64,000 nucleotides of DNA from an uncultured Planctomycetaceae bacterium. Its GTDB lineage: Bacteria > Planctomycetota > Planctomycetia > Isosphaerales > Isosphaeraceae. Below the pieces are notes generated by a model. That model made no database searches and was not told the origin of the DNA. It saw only the letters and a program-made list of their open reading frames with translations. The DNA is taken from assembly GCA_963833985.1 (NCBI GenBank), contig CAWIAD010000001.1:1504001-1568000 (forward strand), in the 5' to 3' direction. This document shows, piece after piece, positions 11,007 through 21,562 of the stretch; position 1 is the stretch's first letter, and the number at the start of each line of letters is the position of its first letter. The position numbers were made by a program, and so were the translations under genes.

Positions 11007-13250
11007 CCTACTTTCCGCACATCTCGCCTTGACTATCTCGTAATTTCCGTGTGCCCTCTTTCGGCCAGTCAGGCTCAAATCTCGTAGGCTTTGGGTATCC
11101 CCAGCAGGCGCAGGATTCTCTTCTGGAGCCGAGTTAACTCTGTGCTGAACACCTCAAGAGGGCGTTTCCCAGCCTTCAGGGAATGCTCTTGAACGTCCTC
11201 GTACAGGTCGATCACTTTTCGAGCCGTCGGGCGTCGGCAGGCCCGACCTTCGGAATACAGTGGCAGGCTCTCGATTCCCGCTCGTTCCATCGCGCGGCGG
11301 AGTTCTCGCTCCAACAGCGCCTCGACCAGCAACACGAAGAAGTACACGCAGAGCAAGGCCTGAATCCGACTCACCTCCTTCAGGTACATAGGCGCTACCA
11401 CGAAGTCAGTCTTCAGGTGCTCGAACCGTCGTTCGATGGCCGGTTGCTGTTTGTAGGCCAAGAGCAGATCCTGCTCCGTCATCTTCGATTCGTTGCTCAC
11501 CAGCGGGAAAATGCCATCACAGCGGGCCTCCTCATCCAGTCGCTCCAACTCAATCCGATGCTTCAACGAGTAACGGAGCTTCTCCTCTCGGACGTACCGC
11601 GTGTCCTGTCCAGGCCGGCCGCGTCGCTCCTGGCGGAACTTTTCGGTGACCTGCTCCTCGATCTCGACCGAGATCCACTCGGTGACCTCACAGTCTCGGA
11701 GCAGCTCCTCGACCGCCTCGGCGACCTTGGCTCGACTGCGGTACCGGGTTCGGGACGAGGCGAGCTTGGCACGCAGTTCGTCCAGTCGTTTCAACGCCTT
11801 CTCCAGCCGGGTCAGCCGTACCTCCGCATCCAACTCGGCCTTGCGTGTGCTGTGATACCAGATCAGCCGGTAACCCTCGGTGGTCTGGCTCGCAGGTTTG
11901 CAGATCGAGAAGCGGTCGGTCAACTGTCCCTTGTCGTCGTACTTGTCGTGGGTCCATCGCCACTGGATCTCTCCCCGGAGTACGGCGCCGCGGAAGGCAC
12001 CGTCCTCACTGCGAGTTCGCGGCAGCACGCTGAGGAACCGACCGCCGCGCTGATGCAGATAGGCCATGTTCTCGGTGGTGGCCAGCTTGCAGTCGGCGAT
12101 GTAGAGAAAGTCTCGGCGTCCGGTCAGTTGACAGAGCAACTCCCAGGTCTCCTGGTGAGAGCGGTCGTCGGTGGCGTTGCCGCTCTCGACGCGAAAGTGC
12201 ACCGGGACGGCACCGTCGCCGGTCACGGTGAGGATGTAGAGTAGCTGCTTGAGGTCGGGGCGGTGGTCTTTGTTATGACCCCAGGTCACCGCCAACCGCA
12301 ATTGTCCCCGCAGGGTTCGCTCCGCCTCCGCCGACTCGTAGTCACCGTGGAAAGTGATGGTGGTCGAGTCGTTGTGTAACTGGTCGAGGCTGACGTCGAA
12401 TTCGCGTACGGCATGGGCCGCGACCTTCAGGGCCAACCCCGAGAGATTGGCGTCGAAGAGACGGTCGAGGGCCCGGCCAACTCGATCGTCGTTCATTGCG
12501 GCGACTTGGACATCGGACAACCCGAACAGTTTCGGCTCATGGCGGGCCACCCACTCACCGACACCATAGAGTGGCTCACGCGAGATCAGCAGGTTGCGCA
12601 GCAGGACGAGCAAGGCCGTGGCCGTGGGGACCCGAGTGCGGCCGTCCTCATGGGGCAGGTGGTCGCAGAGAAACTCGCGAAGGCGGAGCCGACTCAGGAA
12701 GTGTTCCAGGATGGGCACGGCGGCAATCCGCCGCGTGTTGAGCGTGCGCGTGCGTCCCTTCGAGCGGGCCGTCTCGCCGGGTTGGCGCGGTCGTTGAGGT
12801 TCGTTCATGCGGATCATCTCCGGAGGGTTTGCAGCGAGTTGGCCGGTGTCCGCCGCCGGGCCTTCCAGGGCCGTGAGGGGAGCAGGCCGACCGCCGCAGG
12901 GCTTGCCGCAATGATGGCGGAGGAGATCGGGACGTCAAGGACAAAAAATCTTGTGATTCACTTATGACAATTTGCCTTGACGTAAGTTGTGAGCCGCTCA
13001 ACTTACGCTCATAGCCCGTGTCACAAGTCGTCGCGGCGAGAATCGCGGCGCGCGGCTGGACATTGCCAAGTCATAAGACAAGGCGAAGAATGGCTCGAGT
13101 TCAGGAACGGTCCGGTTGGCGAACCATCTGAACCGAACAAGGTCCCCGTGCCGATCGACTTGTAGATGTTTACCGACCCTGGGGCCGCGTCTGAGAAGAT
13201 GGCCTCAGGTCGAATTCGGGGAAATCAAAGGGAGATGTGCGGAAAGTAGG
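11007..13250 (-). mobile_element. Complete IS1634-family insertion sequence, 2244 bp
   Basis: Perfect 19-bp terminal IRs: cctactttccgcacatctc (11007-11025) and gagatgtgcggaaagtagg (13232-13250). A 6-bp direct repeat TGGAAA flanks it at 11001-11006 and 13251-13256. Confidence 0.92.
11075..12817 (-). CDS. IS1634 family DDE transposase
   Basis: NDDRVGRALDRLF, LHNDSTTITFHG, WGHNKDHRPDLKQ, YIADCKL and YKQQPAIERRFEHLK. Confidence 0.92.
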   Translation of the reverse strand: MIRMNEPQRPRQPGETARSKGRTRTLNTRRIAAVPILEHFLSRLRLREFLCDHLPHEDGRTRVPTATALLVLLRNLLISREPLYGVGEWVARHEPKLFGLSDVQVAAMNDDRVGRALDRLFDANLSGLALKVAAHAVREFDVSLDQLHNDSTTITFHGDYESAEAERTLRGQLRLAVTWGHNKDHRPDLKQLLYILTVTGDGAVPVHFRVESGNATDDRSHQETWELLCQLTGRRDFLYIADCKLATTENMAYLHQRGGRFLSVLPRTRSEDGAFRGAVLRGEIQWRWTHDKYDDKGQLTDRFSICKPASQTTEGYRLIWYHSTRKAELDAEVRLTRLEKALKRLDELRAKLASSRTRYRSRAKVAEAVEELLRDCEVTEWISVEIEEQVTEKFRQERRGRPGQDTRYVREEKLRYSLKHRIELERLDEEARCDGIFPLVSNESKMTEQDLLLAYKQQPAIERRFEHLKTDFVVAPMYLKEVSRIQALLCVYFFVLLVEALLERELRRAMERAGIESLPLYSEGRACRRPTARKVIDLYEDVQEHSLKAGKRPLEVFSTELTRLQKRILRLLGIPKAYEI

Positions 13251-13329
13251 TGGAAAGTCTACGGGATTTGGATAATCTACGCGGAATGAACCTGGAAAGG
13301 AATCCGATTCCCGAGCCTGAGCGTTGTTT

Positions 13330-13640
13330 AGTTGGGGAGATGTCAGCGCGGGGGTCTGTATATTTTCACCGCTGCGTCTCCTGATTCAGGAACCACGCGG
13401 CAAGCATGGCCAGTGTTTGATGATGATGCCAGGCTGTCCAGTTCCTCACCTGGCAGTCCGCCAAGCCCGCTTCGCCCTTGGCACGCTGGAGACGCTCCTC
13501 GATCCGATGCTCGGCCTTGGCCACGCGGGCATACTCCTCCAGAGGCACATCTGAATCAACACTTGAAAGATAGTAGTTAGGTTTGAACTTTCTGTCCACC
13601 TGACGCTCAGGCGTGATGAACAGAACTTGCTCCACTCCCG
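13330..13640 (-). pseudogene. IS701-family transposase C-terminal remnant
   Basis: YYLSS...AEHRIEERLQRAKGEAGLADCQVRNWTAWHHHQTLAMLAAWFL, then TPALTSPQL in a shifted frame. The N-terminal part is absent. Confidence 0.8.
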
Positions 13641-13747
13641 CCGAGGTTGCTGATGGTCTCGCCCCCCCTTTCCGGTCCCAGCTCAGTATGAGACAATAGC
13701 TCACTTGGCAGTGTTGAAAGAGATCGGTCGATGTCTTGGACCGGGCA

Positions 13748-16700
13748 ATGGATGAGACGAAGAGCCTGTCTGAAGCTCAAGGCTCGCAACCGCTCGGTGA
13801 AGGTTTGACTGGCTCCTCGGATGAGACGAAGAGCCTGTCTGACACGAACGGCTTGCAACCGCCCGTCGTGGGTTCGGGTGCGTTGGCGTCAGGCGACCCC
13901 ACGAGGATCGGGCGCTACCGGATCATCCGCCGTCTCGGTCAGGGCGGGTTCGGGCGAGTCTACCTGGCGCACGATGATGACCTCGACCGACCGGTCGCCA
14001 TCAAGGTGCCGAACCCCGAGCGGATCAGTCAGCCCGAGGATGTGGAAGCCTACCTGAACGAAGCCCGCATCCTCGCCCGGCTGGACCACCCGAACATCGT
14101 TCCGGTCTTCGACGTCGGTCGCACGGAGGTTGGTCTCTGCTTCGTGGTCTCCAAGCTGGTGGAGGGCAGCGACCTGGCGGTCAGGATCGGTCAAGGTCGT
14201 ACGTCCTTCTGGGATGCGGCGGAACTGGTCGCCACGATCGCCGACGCATTGCATTATGCCCATACCCGAGGGCTAGTGCATCGGGACATCAAGCCCGCCA
14301 ACATCCTCATCGATGCCTCGGGTAAACCGTGTCTCGCCGATTTCGGGTTGGCTCTCCAGGACGAGGATTTCGGCAAGGGCGGGGGACTGGCTGGAACTCC
14401 GTCTTACATGAGCCCGGAACAAGCCAGGGGCGAAGGGCATCGGGTTGATGGTCGCTCGGACATCTTCAGCCTGGGCGTGGTCTTCTACGAGTTACTGACC
14501 GGTCGCAGGCCGTTCCGGGGGAACTCGCTCCAAGAGCTCATCGAGCAAGTGAGCGACGCTGAGGCTCGCCCACCCCGGCGAATCGACGACACGATCCCCA
14601 AGGAGCAGGAGCCGCATTTGCCTCAAAGCGATGTCGAAGCGGGCGTCGGGAAGGTACGCCACGGCACGGGACATGGCGGAAGATCTGCGTTTCTTCATCC
14701 AGGCCGCCCGCGGCACTGGCTCAACTCCTCTCAGAAGAGTCCCAGGGAGTCCGCCCGAATCGACTCTGGAAGCGGCCCCACCTCCGTCCAGTTCCCAGCG
14801 ATCGGAGTCCGATCAACGACCGATCAAGATTGTGCCCAGGGGATTGCGGTCATTCGACGAGCACGACGTCGACTTCTTTCTGGAACTGCTCCCCGGGCCC
14901 CGCGACCGCGACGGATTGCCCGAGAGCATTCAGTTCTGGAAGCGCAGGATTGAGCAACGCGATCCCGAAATGACGTTCAGGGTCGGGTTGATTTACGGGC
15001 CGTCAGGCTGCGGCAAGTCGTCGATGGTCAAGGCCGGACTCTTGCCCCGGCTGGCCAAGCACGTCCTGCCCGTTTACAGCGAAGCAACCTCGGACCAAAC
15101 CGAGAGCAGAGTCCTGAACGGGCTACGCAAGCTCTGCCCCGGCCTGCCGCCCGAAGCGGGTCTGGTTGATTCGCTGGCAGCCATTCGTCACGGCCGGGTG
15201 CTGCTTCCTGCGCAAAAAGTCCTCCTGGTGCTGGATCAGTTCGAGCAATGGCTTCACGTGCAGCGCGGTCGGGCGAACACCGAACTCGTCGCCGCGCTAC
15301 GGCAATGCGACGGCGAGCGCCTCCAGGCGATCGTGCTCGTGCGAGACGATTTCTGGATGGCGGCAACGTCGTTCTTCGACGACCTGGAGGCCGAGTTGAT
15401 CCTCCGCCAGAATGCCGTTGCCGTCGACCTCTTTGATCCGCGTCATGCCCGCAAGGTCTTGAGGGCGCTCGGGACCGCGTACGGAATCTTGCCAGTGCGG
15501 CCGGCCGACTTTTCAAGAGAGCAGCATAGCTTTCTGGATGAAGCCATCGCTGATCTTGCCCAGGACGGCAAGATCATCTCCGTACGGTTGACCCTCTTCG
15601 CGGAAATGATGAAAGGGAAGCCGTGGACTCCAGCCACACTGCGCGAGGTCGGCGGCACTCAGGGAATCGGTCTGACGTTCCTCGAAGATACCTTCGGCGC
15701 GTCCACAGGCGCTCCCAGGCATCGCCTTCACCAGAAGGCTGCCCGGGCCACGCTCAAAGCTCTCCTGCCCGAAAACGGCACCGACATCAAGGGACAGATG
15801 AGATCGCGCCAGGAGTTGCTCGAAGCCTCGCGTTATGTCAAACGACCCAGAGACTTCGACGACCTGGTCCGGATCCTCGACGGCGAGCTTCGCCTGATCA
15901 CGCCCACTGACCCGGTGGGTTCCTCGAGTGAAGGTCAGCAGGCCACACCAGGGGAACAGTATTACCAACTCTCGCATGATTATGTGGTGCCCTCATTGCG
16001 TGACTGGCTCACCCGCAAGCAGCGAGAGACGCGGCGAGGACGAGCGGAATTGCGGCTGGCAGAACGGTTGGCGTCATGGAATGCCAAGCCCGAGAATCGC
16101 CTCCTGCCGATCACCGTGGAATGGGCGAACATCCGGCTGCTCACGCGGAAGAAGGATTGGACCGAACCAGAGCGCCGCATGATGAAGTGCGCGGGGCGGG
16201 TTCACGGACTGAGGGCGCTCGGAACACTGGTCTTGATTTCACTGATCTCATGGGCAGGGTGGGAGGGCTATGGCAGGCTACGGGCGTCGGCTCTCGTGGA
16301 GTCGCTTCAGAGGGTGGGTACACCCGATGTGCCCGCCATCGTCGAACAACTCCCGCGCTATCGCCGCTGGGCTGATCCTCAGTTGGTGCGTGTGGTGCGG
16401 AGTACCGATGATCAAAGTCGGGAGCATCTCCATGCCAGCCTGGCCCTGCTCCCCGTCGATGCCACACAGGTTGGCTACCTCTTCGACCGCCTCTCCAAAG
16501 CCACTCCCACCGAACTCCCTGTGCTGCGTAATGCCCTGGAAACCCACCGTTCCACCCTGACTCCGAAGCTCTGGACTGTGCTGGAGTCAGCGAAGACGGG
16601 CGATCCCAGTCTGCTTCCAGCCGCCAGTGCTCTGGCAAGTTACGACCCAGAGAACACAAAGTGGGAAGCCGTAGGCGGCAAGGTGGCTCAGGCGCTCGTG

Positions 16701-19700
16701 ACAATCAATTCCATCTATCTGGGTCCGTGGCTTGAAGCCTTGCGGCCAATGCGTGGCAGGCTGACAGCCCCGATGGTCTCGATCTTCCGGGACAAACGTC
16801 CCGAGAGCGAACACACCCAGGCGACCAACATCCTGACCGATTACGCCAGCGGCGATCCCGACCGCCTTGCCGAACTGCTCATGGTGTCCGACTCGAAGGC
16901 ATATCTGAGCCTGTTCCCGGTCGCCGAGAAGAAGGCAGAACAGGTCTTGCCCATGTTCCAGGCTGAGCTTGCCAGGAGAGCAACCTACTCCTGGAACGAT
17001 CCACCGCTCAATCCATCCTGGACAAAACCCGACGCGGCGCTGGTCAGCCGGATCGAGTCGTCACAGGGCATACTCTCCGAGCGGTTCGCCTTCTGCCAGA
17101 CGATCCCAATGGACGAGTTCCTCACGACCGCAGAGACACTCCGCATGTCAGGCTATCGTCCCATCCGGTTCCGTCCTTACTCCAAGGAGAAGACGGTCAG
17201 GGTAGCGGGGATCTGGACCCGAGATGGTCGCCCCTGGCGAATGTCTTCGGGGCTGACTGATGATGAGGTCCGAGAGCACGATGAACGAAACAAGAAAGAC
17301 AATTTCCTTCCTGTCGATGCCGCCGGTTACGAAACAATCGATAAGGCAGGCTTGCCTGCCGATCGCTACGCTGCCCTCTGGGTCGAGAATACTGGCGATG
17401 ACGACGCCCGGTTGTACGTCGGGGTCACGACCGATGACGAGACCGAGGTTCAGGATAAACTGAAGGAGGCGAAGCTGATCCCGCGGACACAGCACGCCGT
17501 GGTTGGGGCGGACGGTCGCACCAGATACTGTGGCGTCTCGGGACGCTTCCCAGCAACCGCCATCACGGGTCAGACTCATCGAGACCAGTTCGAGGGAAAC
17601 TTCGAGCAGAACCAGGCGCACCAGGGCGACCAGTTGCTCATCGACGCGGCGATCAGCGGGGCGAGCAGGGCACAGACGAGCCAGGATCGCGCGTTGGCTG
17701 CCCTTGCGCGTACGGACAGGGAGCTCAAGACCAAGCCCGACGATCTCGATGCCCGGTTGGCTCGCGCCCTCGCGAACCTGAGTCTCGGGGAGAATCAGAA
17801 AGCACTCGATGACCTTCAGTTCGTGATCGGGAAGTACCCGGAGTCCATCCCTGCAAAAAGGTACAAGGTCATCGCCCTCGCTCGACTCGGCAAGAAGCAA
17901 GATGCCCGGTCCGAGCTGGCGAAGTTCCAGAAAGAACAGGCAGCCGAGAGTTCCAAGCTCTACCTTGCCACCGTCTTGGCGGCCGAATTGGGCGAAGGGG
18001 CGGACAAGGCGGCTCGAGACCCTGGATGCCGCGCTCAAGAAACAGCCAAAGGATGCAGATCTGAGCTATGATGCTGCCCGTGCCCTTTCCCTGGCATCGA
18101 AAGCAATCTCTCGAACAGACAAGATCAAGGGTCGTCAACTTGCGGTTCGCTGCCTCCAATTGCTCAAGGAGGCCGTCAAGAACGGGGATGCCGATTTCGG
18201 CAAAATGGATGAGGACCGTGACCTCGATCCAATCCGGGAGGACCCCGCATTTGCCGACATCATGAAGGCAGGTCACCCCGACCGCCGCTACACCGCCGTA
18301 TGGAACAGCGATGCGCGCTTCGAGGCGATTCCGATCTACGGCGTCGATCCCGCTTCCCAGTTGCAGAAGTGCCGGGAGCTAATCGCCCAGGGTTATCGCC
18401 CGGTGTCGCTCACGCTGACTCGCGCCATCTCCGATGGACCGTTGGCGACTGCCTCGGTCTGGCACCGCCCTGCGGTCAGCGAGGAATTGAAGGATCGCCT
18501 TGCGGAGCGTCAGGCAAGGGCAGCGGTCGCCCTGGTCCGAATGGGCAAAGCTGAGGATGTCTGGACTCTGCTTCGGCATAGCGTCGACCCCCGAGTGCGG
18601 AGTTTCATCCTCAACTGGCTGGATCCCCTGGGTGCCGATCCGAAGTTGATCGCCGCCGAATTTGACCGTCTGGATTCTCCCGTAACCCACCACGCGCCAC
18701 CCGCCACCCAGAAGATGGAAGCCGTTTTGTTCCATCCTGAGACCTCAATTCGGCGGGCGTTGATCCAGGCATTGGGATCCTATGGCACGGAGGGGCTGTC
18801 TCCAGGTGAGCGGGAGCCGCTGACCCGTAAGCTACTCGACCTCTACTGCAACGACCCGGACGCAGGCATCCACGGTGCGGCGGAATGGACACTGCGCAAG
18901 TGGGGACAGCAAGGCAAGTTAAAGGAGGCTGATGCCCAGTTGGTGAAAAGAAAAGACTGGGGCCATCGGCGGTGGCTTGTCAATGCTCAAGGGCAGAGCT
19001 TCGCCGTGATCGAAGGACCGGTCGAGTTTCGCATGGGCTCGCCGCCGACGGAGCCGAATCGTCATGCGAACCTGGAAATTCCGCGTCGGCTGGTCATCCC
19101 CCGCCGCTTCGCCATCGCCGCCAAGGAGGTTACCAAGGAGCAGTGGCAGAGGTTTGAGCGGACCCACCCCCAGCACGGATTGCCTCCGAGCTCCGTGAAC
19201 CAGTTCAGTCCCGACCCGGACGGTCCCATGTCCGGTTTCACCTGGTATATTGCCGCGGAATACTGCAACTGGCTGAGCGAGCAGGAGGGATTACCCAAGC
19301 ACCAGTGGTGCTACATCCCTAATGAAGCAGGTGCGTACGCCGACGGGATGTCCATTCCCGCCGACGTGCTCCAGCGCACGGGCTACCGCCTGCCGACCGA
19401 GCCGGAATGGGAATACGCCTGCCGCTCGGGCACGGTGACCAGCTATTACTTCGGACTGTCGACCGAGCTTGTGGACAAGTACGTGTGGTCTCAATCCAAT
19501 AGCAACGATCATGCCCGGTCCTGCGGGAGCTTGTTTCCGAACGATCTGGGGCTCTTCGACATGCTGGGGAACGAATTTGAATGGGTGCAAGATAGCATGG
19601 ATAGACCAATGCCGAAAAGCGGCGGAGCATTCATAGATAGATTGTCCTTAGAATACTTATCTGACAATATCCATCGCGTGCTTCGGGGCGGGGCGTTCAA

Positions 19701-19800
19701 CATCCTACCGACGGGCGACCGCTCGGCGCTCCGTTGGGGGACCGCGCCGTCGTACCGCTACACTGACCTCGGTTTCCGCCCCGCCAGGACCTACCCCTGA
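13748..19800 (+). CDS. Giant Ser/Thr kinase - STAND-type P-loop NTPase - BTRD1-like repeats - TPR - FGE-sulfatase/CLec protein (~2000 aa); frameshifts near 14612 and 18011
   Basis: Kinase: LGQGGFGRVY, HRDIKPANIL, DFG, GTPSYMSPEQ. NTPase: GLRSFDEHD..FF, GPSGCGKSS, LLVLDQFEQW, YQLSHDY. Repeats: GYRP...RYAALW. FGE domain: FRMGS, YRLPTEPEWEYACRSG, PNDLGLFDMLGN, RVLRGG, GFRPAR. Confidence 0.85.
13750..13842 (+). repeat. 24-bp direct repeat with 69-bp spacing at the kinase N-terminus (DETKSLS twice)
   Basis: ggatgagacgaagagcctgtctga at 13750-13773 and 13819-13842. Confidence 0.9.
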
Positions 19801-20311
19801 GTTGCTTTACAACCTGAGCACCCTGCACCTTGTGAAAGCACATTTGTATGTAAAGATGAAATTTATATCAAACTGATTCATTGCGTTTGAGGGGAGACGC
19901 CCTCGACACCGATGCCATCCTTCCCGGTCAGCCAGGCGATACCGTCAACATCGCGACGACGAACCTGACGCACCTGAACCGGTTCCCGGGAATCGACGCC
20001 CGGACCTGGAATCAGCTCCGGTAGGCATCCGGCAGGGCAGGGAGGTCGGGCCAGTCCGAGAAGTCACCGTGTCCGGGCCGCCCATCGAAAGTTCGGACCG
20101 GTCGCCAGTCGCTTCTGCAATCGCAGTTGGAGCTGACGCCGTTGTGGCATGGCCAGTTGCAGGTGACCGTCCTGCCGCCCAGCTGGTATTCGAATGCTTG
20201 GGCGACAAGACGGCTACGGAACTTTTTCTGCGCTCACGTGCAAGAATTGACGGTTTCGCGCTTCGAGCGTTGATTGGCGGTCGGCAGTTTCACATGAGAG
20301 ACTCCGTTCGC

Positions 20312-20716
20312 TCATGTCTCCTGTGCGACCGCCGCGCTCCGCTCGGAGACCAGGCGGTTCATCGCTTCATTCGCCGGCCGGATCTCGAATTGCGTTCCCC
20401 ACTTCATCCTCATCGCCGGGTGTTTCGACAGGAGCGCGATGGCGTGGTTCAGGTCGCGGGCTTCCAGCAGCAGAATGCCGCCGAGCGTTTCCCTGGTCTC
20501 CACAAACGGACCATCGGTGACCTGGACCTCGCCATCCTTCATCCGCAGCGTGACTGCGTTACGGGGGGAATCGAGCGCTTCTCCGCCCAGGAAATGCCCG
20601 CCTCGCCGAAGTACATCGTCGTAGGCAAAACACTCCTCCATCATTCTCTGCGCGTCTGCCTGCGGAATCTGAGCAAACGCCGCTTCGTCGTAGAATCCTA
20701 AACAGACGTATTTCAT
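20312..20716 (-). CDS. YciI/DGPF family protein
   Basis: MKYVCLGF...[15 protein letters not shown]...EIRP. Confidence 0.9.
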   Translation of the reverse strand: MKYVCLGFYDEAAFAQIPQADAQRMMEECFAYDDVLRRGGHFLGGEALDSPRNAVTLRMKDGEVQVTDGPFVETRETLGGILLLEARDLNHAIALLSKHPAMRMKWGTQFEIRPANEAMNRLVSERSAAVAQET

Positions 20717-20783
20717 GCGACCCTCCGTTCAAGGACTGCCGTGCTGGATTTGCCCGGTCTTCCCGCTGCCGAACTCTCTTTCA

Positions 20784-21230
20784 TTATTTAAAACGGGCCA
20801 GGCCGTAACCGTCACGATCCTCCGAGCGGGCTTCCAGTTCTTTCACTTCCTCCAGCCGCTCGGGGGTGACCACCCCGGCAAAGTCCTCCGGTTCCATGAG
20901 CGGACGAATTTCGACGTCGGAGTCTTCGGCCGTCAAGGTCGGAAATCTCTTCACCCAGTCAATCGCTTCTTGGAGTGAAGAGACCTTCCAGATCATGAAC
21001 CCGGCGATGAGTTCCGTCGTCTCGGCGAATGGCCCGTTGGTGACGTTGCGATTTGAGCCGGAGAACCGAACACGGGCGCCGCGAGAACTCGGCGTCAGTC
21101 CCGTACCGTCGAGCATGATTCCCGCATTGATCAATTCTTCGTTGAACTTGTCCATGGCCGCGAACGCTTCGGGGTCCATCTCGCCGGCTTCCGACGCCGC
21201 TGTCGCTCTGGCAATCACCATGACTTTCAT
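20784..21230 (-). CDS. YciI/DGPF family protein
   Basis: MKVMVI...VTNGPFAETTELIAGF...EAIDWVKRFP...VEIRP. Confidence 0.9.
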   Translation of the reverse strand: MKVMVIARATAASEAGEMDPEAFAAMDKFNEELINAGIMLDGTGLTPSSRGARVRFSGSNRNVTNGPFAETTELIAGFMIWKVSSLQEAIDWVKRFPTLTAEDSDVEIRPLMEPEDFAGVVTPERLEEVKELEARSEDRDGYGLARFK

Positions 21231-21296
21231 GACGGAACTCCTGAACTTGGTGGTTGGGAATGCGATGGAAGTCGGTCATTTTCCGACTGTCACCAG

Positions 21297-21325
21297 TAGT
21301 CAAACGAGAAACTCGCCGATCGACA
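21297..21325 (-). promoter_or_regulatory. Putative ECF42-type promoter for the DGPF genes
   Basis: The minus strand reads TGTCGA-tcggcgagtttctcgtt-TGAC, resembling the ECF42 consensus as I recall it (-35 TGTCGA, -10 CGA/TC). It lies ~70-95 nt upstream of the DGPF gene start. Confidence 0.6.
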
Positions 21326-21562
21326 ACAATCTCCGAATACTGCCAGGTAACCGTTCACAGCCGTGGTAGGGCAAGGCATGGCCCTGACGGTCCACGCCAA
21401 CTCTGGGCCAGCAAAGGGGCTCCCCACCATCCTAATCCCGCCCGGCTCGCATAGCCGCGTTCGACCGACCCGGATAGGATTGCCGCGCCAGGGAAGGCCG
21501 TGAAGCCAGGGATGGCCTGGAGTGCTTTCAAAGCCTGCACTCTTGCTCGGAGGCAAGTAGAC

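Noticed and set aside
13750..13842. CRISPR-like repeat-spacer-repeat
   Set aside because: Only two copies, in frame within a coding region, with similarity extending into the 'spacer' and no cas genes.
19801..20311. A DGR template repeat or reverse transcriptase next to the candidate variable region
   Set aside because: No second copy of the 19681-19800 sequence and no RT motifs were seen here or elsewhere in the window.
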